From the NCBI GenBank assembly GCA_976551045.1, contig CDPCPM010000026.1:21824001-21888000 (forward strand): DNA of 64,000 nt, read 5' to 3'. This document shows positions 1 to 14,214 of the stretch, piece after piece. The notes below the pieces were generated by a model. The model was not told the DNA's origin. It saw only the letters and a list, made by a program, of their open reading frames with translations, and searched no databases. Source of the stretch: Glaucostegus cemiculus (Eukaryota). How positions within the stretch are numbered: the first letter of the stretch is position 1; each line of letters starts with the position of its first letter. A program made the position numbers and the translations under genes.

Positions 1-1794
1 GTGTTGAATTAAATGTGGGAAAAATTAAATAATCATCATTGGACAAATTCTGAGAAACAAAATTAAACAGTTCACAAAATATTCATTTTTACTCAAACAA
101 GTGTTAATAACTTAAAAAAAGTAATTCAATATTGCAGACTTAGTGCACCAACCTGTCACCTTCAAGGTTAGCACTCTCTCTGTATACTAAGAAGACAATA
201 TTCGATAAGAGGAGAGGTGAGCAAAAAGGGGAAACACTATTGTAAGAGTTTCCTCATGTACATGTTTTCATCACAAGCAAATAACTTATAACATTGAGGT
301 TACTGAGGTATTGATGAACTGTAAAACATTGGGTTTTAGATGACATGGACACGATCAGTGTTCAGGGCAGGGTGTTGGTCTGGGTGGGGTCAGGGTGAGA
401 ACCTCACCTGAAGAATGACAGACACTGAAAGTCCAGTTGTGAGGGTCACAGCCATGACAAGAGATGTAATGAGCTGAGCACTAGAATCTCAGTAATACCA
501 ATCTTCAGCATTAAGGGTCAAAGTTTCAGGATGGGTAACTTGTCTGAATTAGAGCTTTTATAGTGTTAAGGCCTTAGTTTTTACCAGTCTCTACTATAAT
601 AGAAAATAAAATACAGCAGAAGACTATGCAGCTACTTTTAAAATTTTGGGTGTGTGGATGCATTTGAGTGGAACCTTAGCCATCCTGCCATGGAACGTGT
701 GTTGGATAAGTATCTTGTTTGGAATCAGAAAGACTCTTCAGTACCAGAAATACACTGCAAAGGCACTTCGTAAAATAAGGCACCATCTCATAGTATGCAT
801 CTTTCATGAAACACGAGACAGATGCTCTTAACAAAATAGGCTTTGCAAAACAAGTATATTTCATGCGTTGGCTAAAACATACAAGTTGATACAAAGAATA
901 GCAGTTCATATTCAAGTATTAGCAATAACTACTCAAACTGAGTTTGAATAATCAAAAAATGTTTCTTGTGATGGATATTGAAACGATATTGTAAATACTG
1001 AAAAATTATGTCAGCTTTCAGAATGTGTCTATTTTTTCATTCAACTTTGCAAATATAATTTCCAGTAAAATGGCTCTGTTACAATGGGCTGAAGTAGTCT
1101 CTTTCCGCTTAAGTGCACAGAGACCCTTTCAGAAATACGTTATTTATTTTTAATATTTTTGACATAGAAGTAAAATATAATGATAATTTTAATGAAACTT
1201 TCATGTTAGTGCCAAGAATTACTTCAATGTGCAGAAGTTCACCCCAAGGTTTATACTATCCAATATACTTTGTTATCATAGCACAATTGAAGTGAGCTTT
1301 TCAGACAGACAATTCCCTAATTTGACAAGGCGTTAGTCTTTTGCAATAAGATTGTGTGCATGGAATGCAGAAATGCCCTTCAAAATTAACTATAGACTGA
1401 GAGCATTTTTGTGAGGTATAAAAGGAGTTTCTTCACAGTCCGTAACTGAATGGACTATTTAGGTTCTATGCTTAGTTTAAGTGCCCCTCATGCAGATAGT
1501 TGTGCCGTATACAACTGCACCATGGGAAATCTTGCTAAGCCAAAGTTGTTGGGCAGTGGTACTACTGTACCACTTGGGCAATGGCTTTCACCTGTTTCAA
1601 ATATACTGTATAATTGACAGTGCTTGTAATGAGTTTGAAGCCCAGTGCCTAACTCCAACCAAGTTCTTTAATAATTTTTTTTTTCTTGATCTAAGTTCCA
1701 CTGGCACGTTATTTCATTTGTGACTGGTGAAAACAGTCATTTAAAAAATTTATGATGTTTGACAGGAAGCCTGTTGTACCATGATTACACAGCA

Positions 1795-2200
1795 ATGTAA
1801 GATCAGGAGCAGGCCTTCAACACCACGAGACTCTTCAACTATTCAAATACATCGTGGCTGATCTGTACTTCAACTCAATTTGCCCACCTTGGCTCCGTAT
1901 CCCTTGACATAGCCACCCAAAAAGAAATCTATTGCTTTTAGACTTAGACACATCAGTTGTTGTAATATCCACAGCTTTTGGAAAGGAGAATTCCCTTTGT
2001 CCCACCCTTTGTGTGAAAAAAAAATGTATTTCATGATTTCCCCCTTAAATATTTCTAATTTTTGGATCATATCCCCTTGTTCTTGATTTCCCCTTCGGAG
2101 GAAGTAATTTGTCTCCGTCTAGCCCATTGAATTCTTCAAACATTTTCGAAAATCTTAATGAGTTAACCCTTAAATCTTCTCCACTCTAGAGTGTAAAAGA
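1795..2200 (-). mobile_element. Degenerate CR1 LINE 3' fragment
   Basis: Reverse-strand ORF remnant 'IFKGEIMKYIFFSHKG' resembles the CR1 ORF2 C-terminal (G.FFTQRVV) region, followed by 3' UTR-like sequence similar to other CR1 copies in the window. Confidence 0.65.
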
Positions 2201-3109
2201 TTGAAGGCTGATCCGGTTGATGTGTTGTTTGAAAACTGACATTTCATTGTTGGTGACAGAATACATATAATTAAAGAGAGAAAGGAAATGACTTCATGTG
2301 GTTCACCTTCTCTATGAAATAATAGTGATGACACATAAGACATTTTAAGGTTTCAATTTACCTGCAGAGTATAGAATGCCTTATTACAAGAGTTGGGGTA
2401 GCTTGAAAAAGGTCTTTTCATAATGGGTGCTGATTCAAGAGGAATATCAGGCTCAAATAAAGGAACTCACCAGAGTTAAGAAAACCTATATTTTAACGCA
2501 ACTCTGGGTGGCTACTATTGATACACAGTAGCAAGAAGAGGCAACTAAAACATACCTTGCCTCAGGGCAAGTTGACTTGGAGCATAGATTCATAGTCTCT
2601 GACAGGAGAAGAAAGTGCTGATGGAAGTTGTTTTGCTGTCACTTCACTTTACAGGGAAACTTATCCTGTTTGTTGTTATGAGGGAAATGCTAATTTCATT
2701 CTCAGTTTATGTAGAATTGTAAGCAAGAAGCATTGGAATGATGCACTCTTTCTGCAGTAATATGATTATTGAAAAGAGGGGCCCAGAAATTCTGCCCACA
2801 TAACAGCCAGAATTTTGTATATTAAGATGTCAGTATATCGCTTCCTAAAATTGTTTAAAAACCTATTAAGGGACTATGAATTTTGTTAGTACTGGTTGGA
2901 AAACAATGTAATCGGCTCCCTGGTGGAATGTCAGTCTGATTCAGGAAGAGTGGGCTTCACTGGTTGAATTTCTCATTGTTTATAGCTCTTAGACATACAG
3001 CTGAGAGCTTATCAGCCAGTCCGTAAAGGCACAAACACAGAAAACAGTCACCACTCTTCCAGCTACTGAAGACTGCTGGTCACTTGACTATGACTGTCCC
3101 AGTGATTCC

Positions 3110-3735
3110 TGAGGGTTGGGAGACTGTTCCTGAGTTTACTGACAGAAACCTCCAGAGGCTGGTGGATCACATCACTTGCATGAGGGATGCCCTCCAATCA
3201 AGAGACTTGGGTTGCCAACATTGTATTTCAAAAATAAGGGACAGGATAATAATTTGGGACAGGGGCAGGAAATTTGCACCAAAGAATGTGGTTACAGTTA
3301 GGTGATCCTGGCAGGCAGTTTCTGAGAGGTCTGTCAGAGGACATGAGCACAGCCTCAGAATGCCTGCACTTTGGGATGCATGCATCTGCAGGAACATACT
3401 TTGCCCAATCTACCTGCTACTGTTGGCTGAAGGAAAAGTAGATGAAGTCTGGTGGAGTAGACAGCATCAATAACATCCCTGATGCATTAGCAATGGCAAG
3501 TGTCAGTAGATGTGGGCTGGAATGCTCTTGAAGCCAGGAAGATATGAGTGAGGGTGACCCCATTGGTGCCTGCAGTCTGTTCACAGTGTCCTTTGCATGC
3601 CTGTATCTTCCATGAAGATGAATGTAAGGTCTAGAAAAGTGGCCATTGGAAGGCAAGTGGTTGTAGAAAAGTGTTTGCAGGTGAAAGGGAGGGTCTGTCT
3701 TCATTGTGAGCAGTGTGGAGTAAACTGTGAGCATA
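3110..3735. mobile_element. Possible PIF/Harbinger DNA transposon relic (Myb/SANT-like piece on +, transposase piece on -)
   Basis: + strand 'PEFTDRNLQRLVDHITCMRDAL' resembles the N-terminus of Harbinger Myb/SANT proteins. The - strand reads CIRDVIDAVYS and, after a frameshift, DFIYF, resembling HARBI1-type transposase. Motif recall only. Confidence 0.4.
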
Positions 3736-3737
3736 CA

Positions 3738-4080
3738 AATCTATGTTATGGGGAGGGATTTGATAGGTTGGGATTGTTTTTCCTGGAGTGAAGGAGGCTG
3801 AGGTTGATACAGAGGTAGATAGGGTAGGGTAGATAGTCAAAATCTTTTTCTCATTGTAGGGGCATTAAAACCAAGAGGACATAGGTTTAAGGTGAGAGGA
3901 AGGAGTATTGAAGGGGATCTTAGAGGTAATTTTTTCACACAGAGAATGCACTGCAAGAGGAGGTGGTGGAGTCAGGTACAACTACCTTATTTAAGAGCCA
4001 CTTAGACAGACACTTAAATAGGTAAGGCATAGAAGGATATGGTCCTAATGTGGGCAAATTGGATTAGCGTGGATAGGCAA
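3738..4080 (+). mobile_element. CR1 LINE 3' fragment
   Basis: 'gataggttgggattgttttcctggag...agaggacataggtttaaggtgagagg...tttttcacacagaga' encodes the CR1 ORF2 C-terminus (LGLFSLE, RGHRFKV, FFTQR). Confidence 0.85.
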
Positions 4081-4631
4081 AAAGCAAAATCTACTGACCT
4101 TACACATCCCAAATTTTGTGCTGTGCAAACAGATAAGAGATCTCCACCAAAGCAACTTGTTTCAAAGTAAATAGCTCAGATTGAAATAATAATGGAAATC
4201 AATACGTAAACAGAGATTCACAAGTATCTGACATTTATGTAATAGTCAGTCCAATTGTCCAAGCTGATCTGGTCACAGGCAAAAAATGGCTCCTTCTACT
4301 ATGGAACCTGTCTACAATCTGCATTTTGTAGGCTTTATCATTGTTCTACAGTTCAGAAATAAATTCCCGGTGTCATGACTAAAGGAGAACAGGATATATT
4401 TCACAGCAAAAGGTCACTCACCTGTTTTGAATGATTGCTGTCCATATTTAGCAATACTGGATTATTAAGGATAAAGATCTGATATCTAGAATACCCAGCA
4501 TTAGCTATAAACATTCTCTGGACTGGAGTGAGAAAACTGACCTTATTAAGTCAAAGTAAATATTTTGTAGTCAATAGAGAAACACTTCAAGGGGAATTAT
4601 TTTAATTAAGTAAATTTTTCTTGTCCTGCAG

Positions 4632-4732
4632 GATGCTTTTGAGACCAATGCAATATAATTCAAAAATTCCTTCCTTAACTTAGTGGGATCAATACTTAAC
4701 TTTCTTCTTCATGGGTAAAGAAAACTTAATAG
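4632..4732 (+). other. Candidate non-coding exon
   Basis: Acceptor tttttcttgtcctgcag and donor AG|gtaagt flank 101 nt; all three frames contain stops. Confidence 0.2.
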
Positions 4733-5395
4733 GTAAGTGCCAATGGCATTGGCCTTGCTGAGCAGTTGTATTTGGCCTTCTGTTTGCTCTCTCATTCCTG
4801 TGGTTGTTGTGTGTCTGTGCAGTCGGTGTTTCGGTAATCTGTGCTGAGAGTTAAATGTGCTCTGAGGGATATCCTCTGTATATTAAACAAAGTGTCAGCA
4901 TCTGCTTCCCTTACACTAGAATAGCACTTCCTGTACAGTGAAAGATCAATCAACTAGGCAAGAGTATTGTTGCTTAGTGTTGTATTGTAACCATTCTTAA
5001 CCTTCAGATTTGAAAAGGAAATTAAGAAGAAAAAGGTTACAAAAGTTACAAAAGCAAATTTATTCATATCTCTGCTCATGTGCATGCTTTGTTTGTCAGT
5101 GGATTTTAAAAGACTAGTGGTATGTTTATTACTAAGTTATGACAGCTTTTGATACACTTCTGTTTATTGAAGAGAAGTTTAAAACATTCTGAAACACAGC
5201 CTGAAATTTGCCTCAAACATTTGGTTACATTCGAATGGGAGTGGAGGCACTTGTTTTCAAACACACAGGGTGAAAACTTGCCTTGATAGGTTTTCCCTAT
5301 TGCTGAGCCAATGAGTGGTGAAGCCAAGGGTGAGCTGACAATGGGATAAGGTTTACGGTGCAGCTGCCAGCATCAATCATGCCTCCACAGGGACC

Positions 5396-5960
5396 TTATA
5401 GGACAATGAATCTGAAGACAGGTGGATGAATAATGGAGGTGGGTGGTAGTTTCTTGGTGTGGGGTGGGGGGAGATCAAAATTAGTCATGGTGAAGTGACT
5501 GACATACTGTATGGTATCATTGACAACTGACAGTATAATTCGTTGCAGAAATCCTGAGGCTGTTGCCAGTGATACAGTACACTTCCTGATGGTATACCAT
5601 TTGCAGGCTTCTCCAGTGCAATTAAAGGAAATCAGCTGAACTGGCATGAATTTCAGTTATTTATGAAGGCTCAACCAAGGTTGTTCCTAAATTTGTTGAT
5701 AGGTATGGCACTGTGGCTGTTTGGCAAATTGACCTCCAGCTTGAGGAGGCTAACACCAGCTCTGACACTGCCTTCTGCTTCCCTCTGTGCCAAGACCTTA
5801 TCACTGACTCCTGCACCATTGTTTCCTGGACTATCACTGACATCAACTCCAGTGGAAATCTCTGCTTAGCTTCCAACCTCACACTCAACTCCTTCTCAGG
5901 ATCCACAAACGCAACTATCCTGGAAGGCCATTTGTTTCAGTCTGCTCTTTTCCAACGGAT
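5396..5960. mobile_element. Possible Harbinger transposase relic
   Basis: - strand 'SLATASGFLQRI' resembles the ASGSFQ motif; + strand 'LQLEEANTSSD...LCQDLI' resembles an acidic transposase C-terminus. Weak. Confidence 0.25.
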
Positions 5961-6204
5961 CTTATTCTCATCTGCCTTTTATTTCTTTTGAACATCTATT
6001 TAGCACTGTTTTCTACTAATTGGCATGTTACTTTTTGCCTCCTGGTTTATTGTGAGATTTATTTAGTGTGAATGTTTGCTGGACTAGTTTGATGACACTC
6101 CACCTGTTGGATGCCAGGAATTCCATTGAACTTAGAACACAGAACAATAAGCACAGGAAAAGGCCACAATGTCTTGCTGAACTAATTAAACTAGTAATTA
6201 AATG

Positions 6205-6940
6205 CCTAGCTAAATATACAAGGTCCATATCCCTCCATTCTCTGCACATTCATGTGCCTATCTCTGAGCCTCTTAAATGCCTCTATTATATTTGCCTCCA
6301 CTATCACTCCTGGCAGCACATTCTAGGCAGCCACTACTCTCTGTGTAAAAAGTTTGCCCTGCACACCTCCTTTGATAAGATATCTTTATTAGTCACATGT
6401 ACATCGAAACACAGTGAAATGCATCTTTTGTGTAGTCTTCTGGGGGCAGCCTGCAAGTGTCGCTACACTTCCGGCGCCAACATAGCATGCCTAAAACTTC
6501 CTAACCTGTATGTCTTTGGAATGTCGGAGGAAACCGGAGCACCCAGAGGAAGCCCATGCAGACACAGGGAGAACGTACAAACTCCTTACAGACAGCAGCC
6601 AGAATTGAATTCGGGTTGCTGGTGCTGTAAAGCATTACGCTAACCGCTACTTGACAGTGTCTGTAACCACTCTCACCCTAAATGCATACTCTCTATTATT
6701 AGATATTTTGACCCTGGGAAAAATATACCGGCTGTCCTCTCTATCTATGTCTCTCATAAACTTATAAACTTCTATCAGAGCTCCCCTCAGCCTCCACCAC
6801 TCCAGAGAAAGCAACCCAAGTTTGTTCAACCTCTCCTTACAGTGCATGCCCTCTAATCCAGGCAGCATCCTGGTAAACCTCTCCAAAGCCTCCACATCCT
6901 TCCTGTAATGGGGCTAACAGAATTGAACTTGTACTGAACC
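6205..6940 (-). mobile_element. CR1 LINE 3' fragment interrupted by a SINE
   Basis: ORF 6647-6895 'LERFTRMLPGLEGMHCKERLNKLGLLSLEWWRLRGALIEVYKFMRDIDRED' is the CR1 ORF2 C-terminus; CR1 sequence resumes left of the SINE. Confidence 0.9.
6374..6655 (-). mobile_element. tRNA-derived V-domain SINE (HE1-like) nested in CR1
   Basis: Reverse complement closely matches the copy at 48577-48879: tRNA-like head, central 'tccggtttcctcc..cattccaaagac' core and 'gtgactaataaagat' tail. Confidence 0.9.
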
Positions 6941-9269
6941 TGGGTAGTTTCTACACCAGACGTGGCCATACTTTGATGAGAGCTTTCTTCAGGATCAGTG
7001 GAGAGCACTGTTGCTTCGCTGGTAATTCTAAACCCTTGGTCATTGACCAATACCTGTTGGTGGTGTCTGCCAGGTTTGTTTCAACTGAGTAGGCCTGTTG
7101 CTCGATTCACTAATTGGAATCAAATTGGAAACTGGCAATGGATACCCATTACTTACACTAACAAAAACCTAATGCCTTATGGAAATAGTTGAAAAAGTGG
7201 CTGAACCAATTTTGAATTGGAGGTTTTCAAGTGTCCTTAATAAGCAGGAGATTGGGCCCTACAAAATAGGCACAACAAAGTCCCATTTCTATCTATAATT
7301 TTCCAATGGATTTATACAGAGCTGAAATGAAGTAATGTTGGAAGGATTTTTCACTAGTAAATTTGAATTTAAATTTATTTATTTGGACAGGTAATCTGAA
7401 CTAAAATAAAGAGAAAAACAGATTTCAGTATTTAGTGCACTTAATCCTCATTTTAATGAGTCCAAATATATGCATGGAATATGTTTCCAATTACCCCACT
7501 GACCCCGAGAGGGAGTTGCCAACCCTAATATTTATTTCCAGGGTCTGCATTTTGTGCTCTGTCAGTCAAAGGTTGCAGAATACAAATGCTGGAAATGCCA
7601 ATAAAAACGAGCCAGTGTTTGATGATACAGTGTAAACAGTCCATCAGATACATTGCAATAACAATGTTTGTCTTTACCAAAGTAGACCTTTTATGATGAT
7701 CGCAACCAGGTCTGGCCTTCCTAGCTCTTAGCACCAGATTTCTTACCTGCTACATTAATATTAGTAGGTGAAAATACCTTGGTTTCAGCATTCATTTTAA
7801 TTCACTTTTCCAACAATTTACTTTTAATAATTTAACTTTGGAGTTCAGCCAATCAGGTACAGGACTATAAGTCATTCCATCCAATGGCTTGTAATATGGC
7901 CAGAGCTACAAAAACTGACAGAGCAGGAACAAAGGTGAAACGAAAAGCAGAAAGACCCAGAAGGTGGAAATTATAAAGAATAGAACAATAGGAAAATAGT
8001 CTTGAGTTAGAACAAAAGAACTTCGAAAACAATCAAAGCAAGACTGATGGAAGAAACAATTAACTAAAAAGAAATAACAATAGTGGAAACAAAAAATAAC
8101 ACAGCAAAATTATATTTTTAATAAACAAATGTTGGTAGTCCACTAGTTGACCAGTGTTTTATCCCTGAGAAGCACACTTTAGTGCCACCTCCAAATACTT
8201 AGGGCTTATTCTTTTCAAGATGTACTGATGGCAGATTAGTCATTAATATGTGATCTGTTGAAGAAAACTACATTTCCATATGGTTTATATCATTTTTTTT
8301 TTATTTAGTTGGTGGCCAGACTTTGAGCAACAAAGCCATACCTCAGCTTGAACCAAATAGCATCACGAGTATGATTATTTGGCTACTCGGCTATTCAAGT
8401 GGCTTAAAGGAATTTAGAAAATTATTACAAAGAAATTGTATAGAAAAGGAGGAAAAATAACTTGGCATTCTTTTGTACCTGCCTCATAAGCACCATGTAA
8501 TTGAAATCTGTTGGATGATTAATACAAAGAAAGAATAGTCAGACTATGTGCTCAGGGTCAACATCAACTCTTTAACAGTAAAATAAATTCTGTAATAATT
8601 TCAATGATGTGAAAAAAATAGTTACCTTGTCCAGCTGGAACCAATGAATAAAACCAATTAAATTACATATATTTGTAAATGCATGAGATTCATTCAAGAA
8701 TTGTGCTTTCAAAAGAAGCCTTCTCTTTACTCTGACCGTGAAACATTTCTGAAAAGAATTTGAAAAATCTGAGTGCTATACAATATTTTTCTCTGCTATT
8801 CCAAATCCTTTCTGAAAGTTCAAAATGTTTAAGTAAATTTCAATTATTGAGATGCCTATTTCACTCCATGAAGCTGTTCTCTCTTGGTTTTTGTAAAGTC
8901 TGAACAATGCTGCTTTAGTTTCTTAAACAAAGATGGGACCTTGAAGCTTGTGTTCATTAAAAGTCATTCAAGTCAACAAATTCCTTAAAAAATATATTTT
9001 ATGTTTATTAACAATTTCCCTTTGCAAGAATATATTCTAATACACTCCAACATTTATTTCTTCATGTATATTATTTATTATATTTAAGAAATTTTCAAGG
9101 TCCTAGTTAAAAAAAAACAGGAGTGGCATATAAAATCATATGACACTAATTAAACATTGTTACTTACAAGAATTATTTCAAATTTTGGAAGATACAATAT
9201 TTTTTTTGACTGTGACTGGGGTTCATTATCCATGTACAGTGCCCTAGGCCTTTCTGTAGCCTCTGACAC

Positions 9270-10000
9270 AGATGACTCTACCATCTCCCCCATTGTCCAG
9301 CTAAGAGGAAATGGTCCCGTGTGGTTATAATCTCATTTAACAGGTTGTAGCTAGAGTCTCTCCAGCAATGGCTTCTCTCCCTTAATTCACACCCTTACAT
9401 CTGGAAACACCCCAAGGGGTCCAGCAGACCCCTCCTCTTCTTCATCTATATGGCGCGCCGTGGTCACATCATCCAAAGATGTGGGGTATTACTTCACCTC
9501 CCTCTATCTCCCTCTTGGCTACTACATCTCATTTGTTTCTGCAACATCCAGTCTTACCACTTCTGATTTAACATTGGGAAGGAAGACATCAGTCCTCACT
9601 AATTCTTGTCACCCACATTGAATCTTAGCTATTGTCATAGATTGAACCACGTTGATTCCAACCTCAGTGACCTGTTAGATGTTTAGCTGAGTTTCCAACC
9701 CTATGCCTTCACAATCATTTGTAGAGCCAACAATAGAGACGACCTCCACCTATATAAAATGACTTCTTCTGCCCCTTACACAGTCCATCTGTGCTGAAGC
9801 CCTCATTCTTGCTTTTGCCTGCTCCCAAAATGACTATTTCAGTGCTTCCACAAATTCCAGGTTATCTGAAACTCTGTCCGACTACGTTTACCATCCTTAC
9901 TGATCTTCTGACATGTATTGGCTTCTTATGTCCCAATGCCAATGATATACAATTCTATCTTCATGTTTGAGATCCTGTCAGCAACTTACCTCTCACACTA
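9270..10000 (+). mobile_element. Degenerate L2-type LINE RT fragment
   Basis: 'acatctggaaacaccccaaggggtccagcagacccctcctcttcttcatctatatg' is a decayed GVPQGS.LGPLLF.IYM RT motif, followed by L2-like downstream sequence. Confidence 0.65.
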
Positions 10001-10929
10001 TCTGTATTTCTGTCCAGTTTTTTCTTTCATGGAATTCATCTGAACTCCCATTTTCCCACTATCATTTGCAACAGTTTACAACTTATTGTGCTTGAAACAG
10101 ATCCTTTTCACAATATCGGTCACATCCTCAGACTAAATTAATTACAATTGTGAGCTTCCACTAATAAGGGGTTCACCTTGGACTCAACAGCATTAAAGAA
10201 ACATTTTAGTAGTCAGTGGCCTAGAAAATGGATTGCATAATGTTACATTTTTGAGTGCCATGTTATTCAGAATTAATATTAGGGACCTCATGCAGTTTTT
10301 TACAGGTTCCCTATGTGTCTGAGGCACTGACACAGGAAGGATCCCAGGCTGCTCAGTGGCATCCAACAATGTGCAGTGCACACAAGGATGCCACCTCCAT
10401 GATTTTCAAATATGCATGCATGTGCCACCAGAGGTCATTAAAGCAGAAATAGCCTTTCACAACATCTGAAGCCTGCTTCTATGTGACTTGGAGGTTGACC
10501 ACCTGAGCAGGTCTCAGTTCAGTCCTGGGAACTCAACTCAGGTAGGTTCTCCTTAGAGTAGGTACCTACCCATGTCTCCTTTGGGCCCTGCTCACCGCTG
10601 GAGTGATCTTCTCCCCAATCAATTATTGTCACGCTTGCCAGCCTGCTCCATACGCACAAATTTTGCAATCTAACAATCTCCCTGCAATCATCAATTGCAA
10701 GCCCACCCCAACAACTTATTCTCTTGCTCTCCAAACACCAATTGCATGCATTTCTAAGACCACTAACCGCAATCCCCACCCTGCCCTGCTGAGTGATAGG
10801 ACAACAAGATGGCAGTCGGAGTACAAAGTTGTAAAATCTGCTTCAGTGGAAAAAATAGAAAAGCAAAAATCCAAATACATTACATCAACATCATCAGGTC
10901 CCTTGTACAACTAGTGTTATTCAGTTAAT

Positions 10930-12230
10930 AAGAAATGCAAAGTATTTTTTAAATGGAGAGAGATTGGGAAATGTTGGGCCTTTGCACTACTGGGCCCTAG
11001 AAAAATATGTTAATTAATTTCCTAGGGGAATGGCAGAGGAATGAATTAACTACTTTGTGCCTTTCTTCATGGAAAAAAACACAAAAAAACCCTTACAGAA
11101 ATACTGCAGAACCAGGGCTCCAGTGTAAGTGAGGAAGTGGAAGAAGGTTCCCAGAGAAGTTAATGAAGCTGAACATGAGTAACTCCCAAGCACCTAATGA
11201 TCTACATCCCAGAGTTTTGAAGGAGATGGTTTTGGATATAATGGATGCTCTGATTATCATATTCCAAAATTCTACAGATTCTTGAATGGTTCCTGCAAAT
11301 TTGAAAGCAAGCTAAGAAAGGATGGAGCGAGAAAACAGGAAACTACCAACTTGTTAGCCTAATAACACTAGTTGAATAAGGGATCTGATGGCATTGATGT
11401 GGTCAATGGGATTTTCAGAAGGCTTTCAATAAGGACTAAGAAGTTGCTGAACAACACCAGAGAACATAAAATTATGGATAATATACTCGAGATGGATTGA
11501 AAGTTGGTTGCAGACAGAAAACAAAGAGTAGAAGTAAATGGGCCCTTCTCTACCTGTGACAAGTGGAGTACCACAAAGATTTTCAAATTTGTTGATGACA
11601 CAAAACTAAGTGTGTATATGACCAGTGATAAGGCATGAAGAGGACAAAGACCCGCTGGGTGACAGGACAACAACATGGCAGATGGAGTAGAATGTTGAAA
11701 AATGTGCTATTGTTTGTTTCAGTAGAAAAAATGGAAATGCTATGTATTTTTTAAATGGAGAGAGTTTGAGAAATATTGTTGGTCAAAGGGATCCGTGTGT
11801 CTTTATACATTAATCATTGAAAGCTATCCAGCAGATGCAGCGGGAAACTAAGAAAGCAAGTGAAACATTGGTCACTATTGCAAGAAATTTGAGGGTAAGA
11901 ATCTCAATATCCTGCTAAAATTATATAGGCTCTCAGCAACGCCACATCTAGAGCATTGTGTACAATTTTAATCTGCTTACCTAAGAAGAGTACATCAAAA
12001 ATTCTCTCAACTGATTCTTGACATGGTGCATCAGTCAAAAGAGTAGAGGCTGAGAAGACTAGGCTTCGATTCTCTAGTTCAGAAGAATAAATGGTGACCT
12101 CACTGAAACATACAAAATCCTTCATGGGCTCAATCGGTAGCTGTAGGGAAGATGTTCCCCTTGCTGATGAATCTAGAGCTGGGGGTAACCATCTCAGAAA
12201 AAGGAGTAGGCCATTTCTGCAGATTCTGCA
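10930..12230 (+). mobile_element. Degenerate CR1 LINE ORF2 (RT region)
   Basis: Decayed motifs DFQKAF ('gattttcagaaggctttc') and KFVDDTKL ('aaatttgttgatgacacaaaacta'), plus C-terminal 'gggggtaaccatctcagaaaaagg'; many stops and frameshifts. Confidence 0.85.
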
Positions 12231-14214
12231 ATGTTTCCTGCAACTGGTAGGCAATCCTTCACTCCCCTTCAAAGCACAGATGATACCTGAAGTATTGTTT
12301 ACATGAATGCTATGAGACGCATGTGGAGGCTTATTCAGAAGACAGCACAGGAATTATTTACACTTTAAACCTTTAAGCTGTTGGCGAACATTGAATGCTT
12401 GTGACAAAGTTACATCATTGCAAGGATAACACATGACTCTCACCAAATACAGCATTCCATTCTCCCTCTCTGTAGGCTGTTCTGTATTGATCCCTCTGCC
12501 TGCTCACATTAAGTACTCTCCTGTTTTTTTTCCCATCTTATTGCATTCCTCCCTGCTCCTGTTTCTTCCCATCCTTGTGTCATGTGGCCAGAAGTCCACA
12601 TTCAAGACCCTAACCCCCCAACCTCCCCCCCCCAGTCTCAGCCCTTCCCTTTCTTCAGGCCTGTGTCCTTTGAGGACACTGATGCTCAGAGGAGGGTCAT
12701 TTTCAAGTATGAAAATGTCCCATACCTAACCAGTCACAGCTGAATTTTGACATGGTAGGTCAGCAAACAAATCATTAATTATTCCACCACAGTAATGCCA
12801 TTCCAATAGACCTTTTAGGTTGCACTGGAATTTCAACTTAATTATTTAACGTTAAAACCATTTCCAGCAATACTTTTTAAAATTGCACTGAGATCCCACT
12901 CTGAAATATATGAAGGAATATATTCTGATCTTTAAAGAAAAATTTCCTCTAAAGTACTGTCCAGCTGTGGTAATTTATGGCAGATTTTGCCTTTGGTTGA
13001 TTTATAAATGAGCTTGAGTGGAAATTCAAAAGAATGTTTTGCAAACAGATAAAATTTTGGGAGCATTTTCCAAAGCTGAAACTCACTGGTGGCCCCAGAT
13101 TTCAACATGTCAGCAACACTGCCGTCTGTAGTTCCCTCATCTTTCAGGGTACCGTTGAAGGCGTATGTATTCTTAAATTCTTCTGCTCACCAACTTTTAA
13201 GACCCTCCTTAAGGTTCACATCCAGGAGTGGTAACTAAGCTTATCTCCTTCTTTGCCTCTGTATCTATTTTTGTCAGAATCTCTTGCAAAGTAGCACTGT
13301 ATATCACTGATGAGGTTATTGATAAATAAAAGCTATCTAAAATCAGTCAACATGTTAGCTTTTTTCCCCTTATCCTTGCACATTTGTCATGGTACAAGGT
13401 TCACAGCTACATGCCATAGTATGGACATACTCCAACTATTCAACTATGACAGATTCGTTGCTTGACACCCAGTGACACATTTCTCTATCTTTTGCCAGAC
13501 TGAATAGTGACTAATCAGCCATTGCTGCATGGTCCTACTTGGGGAAGCAGTGCTTGGAGTGGCTGCCATTGCCTTAAAGCTAATTCTCCTGGGCATTGCT
13601 GCTGCTGTCTGGCTGTGCACAAAGGAACTTGCAGGGCACAACACCAGCCCCATAATTGGTGGTGCTTGCCTTCGCATGATGACATCTGTCATCACTCCAC
13701 TGCCACACCACCACTAACCTAAGTGTTTCTTGTGAGCCAGCAAGGCCAGACCATGGCCACCCATGACAAGATAGTGCGGTCTAAGCTAGACTACCTGGAC
13801 CCAGTCCTGTTCAAAGTTAACCCCAGTCGTCATCTCAGCCTACCACTAGCAATGCTGCAGGCACTGACATAGCACTACATGGATGTGCTAAAGTGGACCA
13901 AGATACATAGAAGAGAGGACAGTAAGTTTAAAGGATGTCACTTCTATTGCAAAGTTGCATGCTTTAATTTATAATTTCCTTTGGATGTTTACTTTATGTT
14001 GACTTTCATTTTTGCACTGTGGTCAAACAGAGGATGGCCAACAATAAAGGAAAGCCAAGCTGTGGTTTGGCTGCAAGATAGGATTTACCGATACATTAGT
14101 TTGAATTGGTTGAGTAGTTTTTGGAAAGTCCAGCCAGGCAATGGATGCCTAGGTTACTTCCTTGCTTCCTTTCCCTCCTTCTCCCCTGCCTTAGCTGTTC
14201 ACTATATATGACAA

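Noticed and set aside
6068-6643. Longest ORF (191 aa)
   Set aside because: Runs antisense through CR1 and SINE sequence; chance open frame.
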